Notes under the pieces: model-generated
Told to the model about the DNA's origin: nothing
The model's input: only the letters and a program-made list of their open reading frames with translations
The model's database searches: none
Position numbers and translations under genes: made by a program
DNA from: Felis catus
Taxonomy: Eukaryota
Direction of reading: 5' to 3'
Length of the DNA stretch: 64,000 nucleotides
Assembly (NCBI RefSeq): GCF_018350175.1
Contig: NC_058369.1
Location: 21,144,001 to 21,208,000, forward strand
Part shown: positions 50,601 through 62,434 of the stretch, one piece after another
Layout: the number at the start of each line of letters is the position of its first letter
How positions within the stretch are numbered: position 1 is the first letter of the stretch

Positions 50601-51708
50601 ATACACCAATGTTCACAGCAGCATTATTCACAACAGCCAAAAGGTAGAAACTACCCAAATGTCCATCTACAGATGAGTGAATAAACAAAATGTTATGTAT
50701 ACATCAATGGAATATTATTCAGCCATAAAAGGGAATAAAATTCTGATAATGCTGCACCATGGATGAACCTTGAAACATCATGCTAAGCAAAAAAAGCCAG
50801 ACACAAAAAGGCAAACAGCACATCATTTCACTATAGACAAAATAGACAAAAATCATAGACAGAAAGTAGAACAGATATTACCAAGGACTGAGAGCAGTGA
50901 GTAGTTACAGCTTGTCGGGTAGCAAGTTTCTACTTGGGAAGGTGACAAGTTCTAGAAATGAATAGTGACGGTTGCACAATATTGTCATGGGACTTAAGGT
51001 CAATGAATTGTACACTTAGAAATGATTAAAAAACTCCATTTTATGTTATGTATTTTACAATTAAAAAATGGTAGCATATCACTTACATTATTTTACAACT
51101 AAATTTTGTTGTAAAATAATGTATCTTGAGGATCACTGCTGGTGTTAACATATTTACTGAACTAATTCCCTTTTGATGGACATTTAGGCTATTTCCAATT
51201 TTTTGCTCTCCCACTGAAACAAATAATGCTGATATAAATAATTTAACACATATATCAATTTGTACATGTGTGAGTATATCTGAGGTACAAACTTCTAAAA
51301 GTATACAACCTGGGTCAAAGGTATGGGCACTGTAATTTTTACAGGTATAATCAAATTACCTTCCATAAAAGTTGTGCTAATTCATAAACCCACCACAAAG
51401 TAGGTAAATGCCACTTCCCTATGTTCTTGTCAACTAGTTAATACTGGAAATTTTGACAATCTGGTAGGTAATTAAAATAAAGAAAAAGAACATCTGGGTA
51501 CGTTTATTTCTCTAATGGCTGAGGTTGGGCATATTTTCATTTAAGAAACACTGGTAACTTCTGTCTATTCTTATCCTTTGCCCATTTTTCTGTTCAGTGT
51601 TGATGTTTTCTATTTTTTATTTTTATTTTGACAGAAAGAGTGGGCATGAGCGGGGGAGAAGGACGGAGGTGGGGGGGAGAGGGAGAGGGAGAGGGAGAGG
51701 GAGAGGGA

Positions 51709-51743
<35 letters not shown>

Positions 51744-54700
51744 ATTGATTGATTCCCAAGCAGGCTCCATGCTCAGTGCAGATCTTAATGCGGGGCTCGA
51801 TCCTATGACCCTGGGATCATGACCTGAGCTGAAAAGCTGAAATCAAGAGTTGGATGCTTGAGAGACTGAGCCACCCAGGTGCCCCATGTTGATTTTTTTC
51901 TAAAGGTTTTATAGAAGTTCTTCATATGTGAAGGAAATTTGATCTTTATGTATTACATACATTGCAAGTATTTTCCTAAAAGTTGTCATTTATCTTTGTT
52001 TCTGCCTGTTTTGGTTATGCGAACATTTTTAACTTTTACATAGTCCAATTTATCCCTGTTTTTCTGTATGGGTTCTAGGTTTATGCCAAAGGTTATCAAA
52101 ATTTCTTTCCCATCATTTCTTTTGGTATCTTTGCTGTTTCACTTTATGTTCATTTAAACCTGTAATTCATCTGGAAATTTATTCTGCAGTTGATGTGAGG
52201 GATGAATACAAGTTTATTTTTTCCAAATGTCTATGCTCTTTCCAAATACCACTTAACAGAAAAATCCATCTTTTCCCCCTTACCTGGGATGTCACCTTTA
52301 TCATAAGTTAATTTATATTTGATTCTACTGCTAAACTTTCTATTCTGTTCAAAGAATCTGTGTATTTATATCATATAAATAATTTTAATGATATTTTAAT
52401 ATCTGATCAGGACAGACTCTCACCCCCTATTATACTTTTCATATTTTCCTGATTTTTGCTTCTCTTTGAGATTTTTTTTTTAAGTTTATTTATTTGGGGG
52501 GTGGGGCAGAGAGAGAAAGAATTCCAAGCATGCTTTGCACCATCAGTGTGGAGCCGGAAATAGGGCTTGACCTGAGCCAAAATCAAGAGTCAATGCTTAA
52601 CCAACTGAGCCGCCCAGGCATCCCATTATTTTAAACATCAGTTTATTTAAGTCCCAAATTCCTCACAAGAAAATTCCCATTGGTACATATACTGGAACCA
52701 CATTAAAGATTAACTTAGGTGGCACAAAAACAGACACATAGACCAATGGAATAGAATAGAAACTCCAGAACTAGACCCACAAACGTATGGCCAACTCATC
52801 CCTGACAAAGCAGGAAAGAACATCCAATGGAAAAAAGACAGCCTCTTTAACAAATGGTGCTGGGAGAACTGGACAGCAACATGCAGAAGGTTGAAACTAG
52901 ACCACTTTCTCACACCATTGACAAAAATAAACTCAAAATGGATAAAGGACCTAAATGTGAGACCGGAAACCATCAAAACCTTAGAGGAGAAAGCAGGAAA
53001 AGACCTCTCTGACCTCAGCTGTAGCAATCTCTTACTCGACACATCCCCAAAGGCAAGGGAATTAAAAGCAAATGACATATCGGACAAAGGGCTAGTATCC
53101 AAAATCTATAAAGAGCTCACCAAACTCCACACCCGAAAAACAAATAACCCAGTGAAGAAATGGGCAGAAAACATGAATAGACACTTCTCTAAAGAAGACA
53201 TCCGGATGGCCAACAGGCACATGAAAAGATGTTCAGTGTCGCTCCTTATCAGGGAAATACAAATCAAAACCACACTCAGGTATCACCTCACGCCAGTCAG
53301 ACTGGCCAAAATGAACAAATCAGGAGACTATAGATGCTGGAAAGGATGTGGAGAAACGGGAACCCTCTTGCACTGTTGGTGGGAATGCAAATTGGTGCAG
53401 CCGCTCTGGAAAGCAGTGTGGAGGTTCCTCAGAAAATTAAAAATAGACCTACCCTATGACCCAGCAATAGCACTGCTAGGAATTTATCCAAGGGATACAG
53501 GAGTACTGATGCATAGGGCCACTTGTACCCCAATGTTCATAGCAGCACTCTCAACAATAGCCAAATTATGGAAAGAGCCTAAATGTCCATCAACTGATGA
53601 ATGGATAAAGAAATTGTGGTTTATATACACAATGGAATTCTACGTGGCAATGAGAAAAAATGAAATAGGGCCTTTTGTAGCAACGTGGATGGAACTGGAG
53701 AGTGTGATGCTAAGTGAAATAAGCCATACAGAGAAAGACAGATACCATATGGTTTCACTCTTATGTGGATCCTGAGAAACTTAACAGGAACCCATGGGGG
53801 AGGGGAAGGAAAAAAAAAAAAAAAAAAAAGAGGTTAGAGTGCGAGAGAGCCAAAGCATAAGAGACTGTTAAAAACTGAGAACAAACTGAGGGTTGATGGG
53901 GGGTGGGAGGGAGGAGAGGGTGGGTGGTGGGTATTGAGGAGGGCACCTTTTGGGATGAGCACTGGGTGTTTTATGGAAACCAATTTGTCAATAAATTTCA
54001 TATTAAAAAAAAAAGATTAACTTAGGAAGAATGAACATCTCTATGATGTTGAGACTTCTCATTCAAGTACACGGAATGCTTTTCAATTTGTTCAAGCACT
54101 CCCTTTTAAATGCATTAAAAGCAGCATTTAAAAACTTTCTTTATACAGGGGCGCCTGGGTGGCGCAGTCGGTTAAGCGTCCGACTTCAGCCAGGTCACGA
54201 TCTTGCGGTCCGTGAGTTCGAGCCCCGCGTCGGGCTCTGGGCTGATGGCTCAGAGCCTGGAGCCTGTTTCCGATTCTGTGTCTCCCTCTCTCTCTGCCCC
54301 TCCCCCGTTCATGCTCTGTCTCTCTCTGTCCCCAAAATAAATAAACGTTGAAAAAAAAAATTTTAAAAACTTTCTTTATACAGATGTGGCATGTATCTTG
54401 TTAAATTTATCCCAACGTTTTATCTTTTTATCATTATTCAATCTCTTAAGGCAGTTGCTTTGTTATCCATGTTATACTCAATCTTACCTTCCTTCTCTTT
54501 TTAATTTTTTTAAACTATTTTTTTTTCAAATGTTTATTTATTTTTGAGACAGAGATGAAGCATGAGTTGGGGAGGGGCAGAGAGAGAGGGAGACACAGAA
54601 TCCGAAGCAGGCTCCAGGCTCTGAGCTGTCAGCACAGAGCCGGAGGCAGGGCTCGAACCCACAGACCGTGAGATCATGACCTGAGCTGAAGTCGGACGCC

Positions 54701-55694
54701 TAACCAACTGAGCCGCCCAGGTGCCCCTAATTTAATATTTTTATGTTTATTTTTGAGAGAGAGAAAGACAGAGCATGAGCAGGGGAGGGGAGGAGAAAGA
54801 CACAGATCTAAAGCAGGCTCCAGGCTCTGAGCTGTCAGTACAGATCCTGACGCGGGGTTCAAACTCATGGACTGTGAGATCATGACCTGAGCTGAAGTCA
54901 GACACTTAACCAAATGAGCCACCCAGGTACACCACATTTTTTCTTCTTCTAAACGTTAATTTATTTTGAAAGAGAGAGTGTGAAGGGGAGGGCAGAGAGA
55001 GACGGAGAGAGAGAGAATCCCAAGCAGGTTCTAGACTGTCAGTGCAGAGCCCCATGTGGGGCTCGATCTCACAACGGTGAGATCATGACCTGAACAGAAA
55101 TCAAGAGTCAGATGCTTAACCAACTGAGCCACCTGTGAACCCCCATCTTCTCCTATTATGGAGTAATTCCTAGTTGATCCTCCTGAATTATCACCTCACT
55201 GTAGATTTTGTTTCTTACTTTTAACTGTGCTGGCTAGTACCTCCACAACACAGTTAAATAACAATGATAAGAACACCCTGATTTTGCTCTTGACTTTAAC
55301 AGGAGTGTTCACAGATAATAACTTATTAAACATTTACATGCAAAATAGCTAAAACATGGAAAAAGAGGTCAGAAACATTTTAGAAGCTGAAAATAGCTAT
55401 AATTATTATCACTGCCTCTGACTTACAGCACTTGACTTACACAATCCAAAGCCTTTTCAATTCAGAGGAGGCATAGTTACCATTTTCCATATTTCACAGA
55501 AGGAAAAAGAGAGATTTGGAAAAGGTAAGAATTGTGCTCATAGCTAAAGAGTAAAATTGACTGGTAGCCCTGGAATGGATGTGGTCTCTCTGTGCCCTGA
55601 CCTGGGCTTCCTCCCAGGCCTTCAGAAGACATGGAAAAGATAAAAGTTTAGAAAGCTTCATTAAAAAAAATTTTTTTTTAATGTTTTATTTTAT

Positions 55695-55759
<65 letters not shown>

Positions 55760-56339
55760 AGCAAGGGAGGGACAGAAAGACATGGAGACACAGAATCCAA
55801 AGCAGGCTCCAGGCTCCAAGCTGCCAGCACAGAGCCCAATGGGGCTCAAACTACTGAACCGCGAGATCATGACCTGAGCTGAAGTTGGACTCTCAACCGA
55901 CTGAGCCACCCAGGTGCCCCAGGAAGCTTCATTCAACAAAGCATACAAAACTGATAAAAACCTGCTGGATTCTGACTGGAACTACAATGAATTAGATAGA
56001 TCGATATGGGAGAAAATGACTTCTTTTAATACTGAACTTTTGGAGCGCCCAGGGTGGCTCAGTGGGTTAAGCATTTGACTTCGGCTCAGGTCACGATACC
56101 ATGGTTTGTGAGTTCAAGCCCTGCGTCGGGCTCTGTGCTGAAAGCTTGGAGCCTGGAGCCTGCTTTGGATTCTGTGTCTCCCCCGTCTCTGCTCCTTCCC
56201 TGTTCATGCCTGGTCTCTTTCAAAAATAAATAAACATTATAAAAATAATTTATAATACTGAACTTACGGCTATACACATGATGAATCACTTCATTAATTT
56301 AGGTCTTTTTTTATTTCATTCAATCATTTCCTCAGAGGG

Positions 56340-56382
<43 letters not shown>

Positions 56383-59300
56383 AGTCTTATACATCTTTTT
56401 TTAAATTTTTTCTTTTTTTTAATGTTTATTTTTGAGAGTGAGAGAGCGCAAAAATGGGAGAGGGGCAGAAAGAGAGGGAGACTATATCCATAGTCTTATA
56501 CAACTTTTTAAAATATTTATTCCTAGGTATGTAACATAAATGGTGTATTTTTAAACTTCAACTTTCTGTTCATTGGCCACAAATAAAAGTATAGATAATC
56601 TTGGTATTTTCATTTATTAATTCTAAATGTTTGAGAGAGAGACTGCACATGAGTGGGAGAGGGGCAGAAAGGGAGAGAGAGAGAACCCGAAGCAGATCAT
56701 GACCTGAGCCAAAACCAAGAGTCGGATGTTTAATCAACTGAGCCACCCAGGCACCTCTCATTTATTAATTCTAATAGTTTATCCAAATACCTTTTCAATT
56801 TTCTATGTACCTAATAATCTCTTTGCAAAACCTAATTCTTTTAATTTTTCCTTTCTAATTTTTAAAAACCTTTTATTTTTCTTACCTTAGTAAGAACAGT
56901 TTTTCAATTAATGCAGCATTAAAAAAACCTACTATGAAGAAAACAGAACTGGCAAATAAATTAGGAATTGACATGTTTCAGAAACCCAGGTTCCTGGAAA
57001 TTTTATGATCCAAGTGCCTAGGCTGGAGGCACTTTCTGTCAGGTGTGGCCATGTTCATTCCTAAAAGCAACTTCTCTGTGGCTGTCTGATTACTATTTGA
57101 GTTACTGAAGGCAATGAACAAAAAGCATTAGTTAGCAAAACAGTACTGTCTCCTGAGTGAAATATGCCCAGCAGGTCTACATTACAGAAGATGAGAAATG
57201 CACAAGCCGGGCTGAAATCCCATTTTGTGACCACTAGATCCATTTCCTTTTGGGGAATGCATCATCTCAAGATGAAGTAACCATACATCTCACTGCTTTC
57301 CTGGTATCCTGCCTAATAATACTAGCACCTCTTTTCACTCTCAAAAGCGTTCCAAACACCAGTACAGAAGTAGAAGTGAAAAGACCCAGGTTTTAGTTTG
57401 GGTCATGTATTGGACAGTAACTTCAATTTTCTGAGAATCACAGCATCTTTAGTACGGGGTCATGGTGAGAAATAAGTGAGAGCCTGGATATGTGGTTTAT
57501 AAACTACAGAGTGTAACAAATTCTACTAAGCGTCTATAAAAAGGAATTACTCCAAATGATGTTTGGCTGTTTTCCAGAGTTCTAATAATGTCGATTCTGA
57601 CAGCTTTTGTGGGCTTTTCTCCATGTTTCTGTGAGGGAATGGCCCTCAAATCTTCCTACTTCACTATTTTCACTGACATCATTTGGAAAACTATTCCAAA
57701 AGATGGAGAGTAGCTGGTTTGTAAGTAAGCTGTAGTGTTAACTCTGGGCCGGAAGAAATGCAATAGCTGAAAATAATGACAGTATATGATGCACAGAACT
57801 ACGTTTGAGCAGCAGAGTGCGTGTGAACACTCAGGATGACTGAACAGAAACCTCAGCACGAGCCCTGCACATTTCTGGGTCAGGGAGAGTAACATTGCTA
57901 GGGTTAAGAGTCCAAGAGACTAGAAGTCTTTCAACTCCTTCCCCCGAATCCTACCTTATTCTTACACATTCCCCATCCTGCAGCTGCAGGGACTCCTCCA
58001 GTGCATATGCTGGCCCACATAGCTGCTCTGCTCACACCCCAGACAGGACTTCCCATCTGTTCCAAACTCCATCTGAGCACTGTCTAGTAGACCTACTGTG
58101 AGTGTGCACCCAGGCACCTCAGGGGGCTCATTCTCTACCACACCCTCCTGGTCTGCCCCAGCCACCTGGCTTTCTTACTGTTATCTCAACCATACCCAGC
58201 TACTTTGCCTTAAGGGCTTTGCATTTCATGTTTGCTGTGCCTAAAATGAGTAAAATCTCAGACACAGGCACACTTCAGAGATATTGCAGGTTCAGCTCCA
58301 GATCACCTCAATAAAGCAAATATCATAATAAAGTGATTGAAATGATTTTCTGGTTTCCATTAAAAGTAATGTTTACATTATACTGTAGTCTATTAGGTGT
58401 GCAATAGCATTGAGTCTAAAAAAACAATATATATAATTAAAAACCACTTTATTGCCACAAAATGCTAACCATCATCTGAGCTTTCAGTGAGTTGTAATCT
58501 TTTTTTTTTTTTTTTTAAGTAAACTCTACGCCCAGCATGGGGCTCAAACTCATAACCCCGAGATCAAAAATCACATGCTCTACCTACTGAGCCAGCCAGG
58601 TGTCCCCATCTTTTTGGGGATAGAGGGTCTTGCCTTAATGTTGATGGCTGCTGATTGCTCAGGATGGTGTTTGCTAAAGGCTGGGGTCGCGGTGGCAATT
58701 TCTTAAAATATGACAACAGTGAAGTTTGCAACATCAGCGGACTCTTCCTTTCACAAATGATTTCTCAGTAGCACGTGATGTTATTTGATAGCGTTTGACC
58801 CACAAACTTCTTTCAAAATTGGGAGTTAATCCTCTCAAATCCTGCTGATGCATTATCAAGTAAGTTTATGTGATATTCACAATCTTTTGTTGTCATTTCA
58901 ACAACCTTCACAGCATCTTCACCAGATTTTGCCTCAAGAAACCACATTCTTTGCTCCTCCATAACAAGCAATTCCTCGTCCATTAAAGTTTTATCATAAG
59001 ATTGTAGCATCTCAAATATAATAGCAATCAAGTTTGAAATATTGTGAGAGTTACCAAAATGTGACACAGGAACATGAAATGAGCAAATGCTGCTGGGAAA
59101 ATGGCGCCAACAGACTTGCTCCACACAGGGTTGCTGCAAACCTTCAATCTGTAACAAACCTAGCATCTGGGAAGGGCAATAAAGCAAAGCGCACTAAAAC
59201 GAAGCATGCCTGTATCTGGGTGGTTTTCTCCCTGACTGCCTTCAGGGCTCTATTCACGTCACCCATCAGAAATGCTTTTGGTGACCACATTACCTACAAG

Positions 59301-62300
59301 ACCTCCCCTCAACATTTTGCTCTATCCTCTTCCTCTGCCTTATTCTCATTCAGAGCTCTAATTACTACCTGATGTTCTAGAGATTTAATTTTAATTTACT
59401 TACTGACTCTGGTCTGTTTACTGCTGTATACCTAGCACCTAGACCAGTGCCTAACACAGGAGGAGTATTCAGTCAACTGTAGCAGAATCAATGTGATTAA
59501 ATGAAAAGGCAGAAATACGTACCCAGAATACATGTCATGGGGCAGGTTTCTTCCAGATTACTCAGAAACACTTCTTTTTTGTAGAACATTTTTGTGGGCT
59601 CATGCTCTGTCTCTTCTGGGTGAATGAAGATAGGGCCATAAAAATATGCAGCTCCATCTCGGACCCATACCTTTTCAATTCTTGGGGGAAAAATGGAGAA
59701 ATTCCATTAAAATGAATTGACAGGTTTCATTCCGGAAGGATTAATCTACCAAAAATTCTGCTAGCCAAAAACCTAATGATATTTACTATTTAAAAAAAAA
59801 AAAAATTTGAGAGAGAATGAGCATGAGTCAGGGAGGGGCAGGGGAAGAGGGAGAGAGAATCTTTTTTTTTTTTTTTTTTTAATTTTTTTTTTTCAACGTT
59901 TTTATTTTATTTTTGGGACAGAGAGAGACAAAGCATGAACGGGGGAGGGGCAGAGAGAGAGGGAGACACAGAATCGGAAACAGGCTCCAGGCTCTGAGCC
60001 ATCAGCCCAGAGCTTGACGCGGGGCTCGAACTCACGGACCGATAGATCGTGACCTGGCTGAAGTCGGACGCTTAACCGACTGCGCCACCCAGGCGCCCCA
60101 TAGAGGGAGAGAGAATCTTAAGCAGGCTCCACACCCAGTACGGAGCCTGACATGGGGTCCATCTCACGACTGTGAGATCATGACCTAAGCTGAAATTAAG
60201 AGTGGGATGCTTAACCCACTGAGCCACCCAGGCGCCTTGATGATATTTACTATTTTAGAGAAGTGTCACTGACTATTTTGATAAAAAGACAATTTCCTTG
60301 ATGTTTCGTCCTTTTTGAGCACAGGAGAAGATACTCAGAAAGAGAAACAAACATTTGGCTATTTATCTAAGGGGAAAACAATTTTAACACAATACTAAGG
60401 CATATCTCCCAGGTGTTTTCCCTGAGATGCTCATGGTGAAACAAAACTAGCATCTGTCATTGGACTTGTCAGCCAAATACACACACAAACCATCGATATT
60501 TGGGGTCAGCTCACATGAATGGCAGATATTCCTGTAAGGCAATGGTTGGCTCATGACTTTTGAGTGCCAAGATATAAGAGCCCTTCACCCCTTGAGAATC
60601 TGACCAAAGCCAGATACTATCTCCCTAGAAAAAAATAAAAATTCACATGTGACTGCTATGTGCCAGGTACTGTATCACTCCTCACAACCACCCCACCAGC
60701 TTGGTATTATGGTCTCCAATGTCTTGTGGTTCCTAACAAGAAGCAGTATCCTCATCTCAGTTACTGGTAACTCCACCTTCCAGTTCCTCAAGACAAGAGA
60801 CAGAAGTCACCCTTGACTCCTTTCTCTCTCTCAGACCCCACATCCCATTTATCAGAAATCCTATTACCTCAACCTTTTAAAACAGGGTCTGACTACTGGT
60901 CTGAGCCATCATCGTTTGCTGCCTGGATTACTGCAACAGCCAGCCTTCTAGCAGATCTCCTTGCTTCTCTTTGATCCTTTAAGTCTATTCTCAACAACCA
61001 GTAGGCAGAGCAATCTTGCTAAGAACTAATTCAGCTGTCACACTGATGCTTAAAAGAATCCAATGGTACTCTTTTTAATTCAGTAAAAGCCCAAGTGCCT
61101 ACATCGGTCTCTGAGGTCCACAAGGGTTGCACTGTATGCCGTGGCCTTCATCTCCTATCTAACTCAATGCACTGCTTACTCCCCCTGTAACAAACTCTCC
61201 TGATTTGACAGGCCAGGAACGCTTCTCTCTCAGGTCTTTATCTTGGCTGTTGTCACTTCCCGGAAAGCTTTCCCCCCGGATATTCACATTACTCACTCAG
61301 TTTCTTCGTTGACTCAACTATTAACTCTCAGTGAGGCCTATATACATTACCCTACTTAAACTTTTGCACCTCCTCACTGTGACCACGGCATTCCTGAGTG
61401 TTCTCATACTCTTATTTTTTCATGATCTAATGTACCTTACACTTTACTTATTCATGATTACTGTTTGTCTTCCCATTGGAACAAAGATCCCGGGCACTAA
61501 GAATGTTTGTTTTATTCACTAATGTAGCTTCAGAGCCTGGCAAATAGGTTTGTAATAAATGATTACTGAATGAGGAAAAAATGGAATGAGGAAACTGAAG
61601 CTCAGGGAAGTAAATCATTTGCCTAAGGACATGAAGCTAGCAGGGCTGGACTTACACCAGGATCTCTTGGAACCAACTACTACTCTTAACCACTATCCTC
61701 TACTGCCCAATTCTGTACCTGACTCCGTCACTGCTATTTTATGCCATGCAAACACTCTTCCATCCATTTACTTGTTCAACCAATATCTGAGCCCTTACTA
61801 TGTTTCATGAACTGTATGCTTGAAGCAGGGAAGACAAAGGTGAGCAAAAAGACAGGGACCCTACTGTCAGGGCATTTGCAGTCTGGTATGGAAACCTGAC
61901 AGTAAAATAACATGACAAGTGCTCTGAGAATACAAGGACACCTAATCCAGTCTGGAGGGTACAGGAGAAGCTTCCTTAAGGAAGTGTCATCTTAAATTGA
62001 AGCTAAAGGGAGTTCATCATGTGAGGTGGGCAGGGAGATTTCTGGGCTGAGAATTGAGTAAATGGTAAGAGAAGAAAAAAAAAGTTCACAAGAGGAATTT
62101 AAAGAAGCATGGCTAGAGACGAAAGCAGGGCAAGGGTGTGCAAGGAAGCTGGGGAAGTTAACAGGATTGCAGGGTGTGGAGGGGGGGGTTGATGATGACG
62201 TGTCTCTTCATCCTAAAGAGTGATGAATTTCCACTTGCTCCAAATCTCTCCGACCCAACTACATCTTCGCTGCTTCAGTAACACTCACCTGCCCACACGT

Positions 62301-62434
62301 GGGCGCACCAAGCCATGGGACTTGATGAAGACACAGTCACCAACCTTCAGCCACATGTCATTGTAACGGAGCTGCTCAAAGTAGTGGCAACCTGGCTCAC
62401 CGTTTGACATTTCCACAGGGACATCTTCTTTCTC
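35646..62434 (-). CDS. PBRM1: Protein polybromo-1 (BAF180, PBAF subunit); last 10 coding exons (BAH2, HMG box, Pro/Gly-rich region, C-terminus), 5' part outside the window
   Basis: Exons in transcript order: 62434-62289 ([37 protein letters not shown]), 59680-59523, 49286-49103, 48541-48331, 47752-47551 ([46 protein letters not shown]), 44155-43991, 40609-40454, 37393-37323, 37212-36996, 35818-35646 (...[17 protein letters not shown]). All GT-AG with consistent phases. Confidence 0.97.
35938..36152 (-). mobile_element. CAN-SINE in the last PBRM1 intron
   Basis: Reverse head gcttaaccagctgcgtcacccaggtacccc; gagaaagaatcccaggccggctct body. Confidence 0.85.
45611..45646. repeat. (CAAAA)n pentanucleotide repeat
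   Basis: About 7 units read directly. Confidence 0.85.
49506..49722 (-). mobile_element. CAN-SINE nested in the L1 fragment
   Basis: Flanking near-duplication tacaagcaactgattttt / tacaagaaactgattttt. Confidence 0.88.
49764..49920 (-). mobile_element. Short CAN-SINE nested in the L1 fragment
   Basis: TSD aagggcgccaagacaattt / aagggtgccaagacaattt. Confidence 0.88.
51610..51885 (-). mobile_element. CAN-SINE with expanded (GAGAGG)n/(GA)n tract
   Basis: Reverse head gactgagccacccaggtgcccc; caagcaggctccatgctcagtgcag body. Confidence 0.88.
52472..52624 (-). mobile_element. CAN-SINE
   Basis: Reverse head gcttaaccaactgagccgcccaggcatccc; T-tail. Confidence 0.82.
52720..54011 (+). mobile_element. 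Young 5'-truncated felid L1 (~1.3 kb), antisense to PBRM1
   Basis: Stop-free ORF2 C-terminus 52720-53775 ([14 protein letters not shown]...[18 protein letters not shown]...LLCGS*), G-rich 3'UTR, AATAAA ~53990, A-tail; 15-bp TSD aaagattaacttagg (52705-52719 / 54012-54026). Confidence 0.96.
54148..54361 (+). mobile_element. Young felid CAN-SINE (SINEC_Fc-like)
   Basis: Nearly identical to the copy at 24373; TSD tttaaaaactttctttataca on both sides. Confidence 0.95.
54500..55144 (-). mobile_element. Three head-to-tail CAN-SINEs (~54500-54727, ~54737-54933, ~54950-55144)
   Basis: Three successive reverse heads (…gagccgcccaggtgcccc; …gagccacccaggtacac; …caactgagccacctg), each preceded by a T-rich tail. 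Confidence 0.9.
55670..55920 (-). mobile_element. CAN-SINE with long (GA)n microsatellite
   Basis: About 26 GA units; reverse head ccgactgagccacccaggtgcccc; flanking aagcttcatt duplication. Confidence 0.9.
56042..56250 (+). mobile_element. CAN-SINE
   Basis: Head ggagcgcccagggtggctcagtgggttaagc; TSD taatactgaactt (56027-56039 / 56253-56265). Confidence 0.9.
56341..56379. repeat. (TG)n microsatellite
   Basis: About 19 units. Confidence 0.92.
56625..56757 (-). mobile_element. Internally deleted CAN-SINE
   Basis: Reverse head caactgagccacccaggcacc; flanking tcat(t)ttattaattctaa duplication. Confidence 0.8.
58265..59212 (-). mobile_element. Internally deleted Tigger1 (TcMar/pogo) DNA transposon with both termini; short SINE nested at ~58500-58607
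   Basis: Termini caggcacacttcagagatattgc... and ...aataaagcaaagcgcactaaaacgaagcatgcctg|ta resemble Tigger1 ends. Minus-strand ORF 58813-59187 ends in a transposase C-terminus-like peptide ([24 protein letters not shown]...[13 protein letters not shown]...[10 protein letters not shown]). Confidence 0.9.
59792..60239 (-). mobile_element. Older CAN-SINE interrupted by a young SINEC_Fc-like copy (59864-60099)
   Basis: Outer TSD atgatatttactattt (59776-59791 / 60240-60255); inner TSD agagggagagagaatctt (59846-59863 / 60102-60119). Confidence 0.93.
60740..61572 (+). mobile_element. L2 LINE 3' fragment, followed by a MIR-like core (~61585-61700)
   Basis: L2 phrases ccttgactcctttctctct, gcctggattactgcaacagcc, ttttattcact...gcctggc...aataaatgattactgaatga; MIR core atgaggaaactgaagctcagggaagtaaatcatttgcctaagg. 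Confidence 0.65.

Larger units (their letters stand above)
49419..51068 (+). mobile_element. Old L1 (L1M-type) 3' fragment: decayed ORF2 end and 3'UTR, interrupted by two SINEs
   Basis: ORF2-like phrases (ggcataaaaatagacac..., aaaatggatcagagacccaaac, gatccagcaattctacttctagg, atggaatattattcagccataaaa) with stops and frameshifts; ORF 50139-50327 [13 protein letters not shown]...KRQPTE. Confidence 0.85.
51070..56890 (-). mobile_element. Very old fragmented L1 (minus orientation) hosting many younger insertions
   Basis: Reverse-L1 phrases between the younger elements (ttttgatggacatttaggctatttcca, tttgcccattttt, attgcaagtattttc, tgttaaatttatccc, tttatttcctaggtat); extent approximate. Confidence 0.55.

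Noticed and set aside
52891..53775. 294-aa ORF as a host gene
   Set aside because: C-terminal part of L1 ORF2p in a 5'-truncated copy lacking promoter, endonuclease and RT domains.
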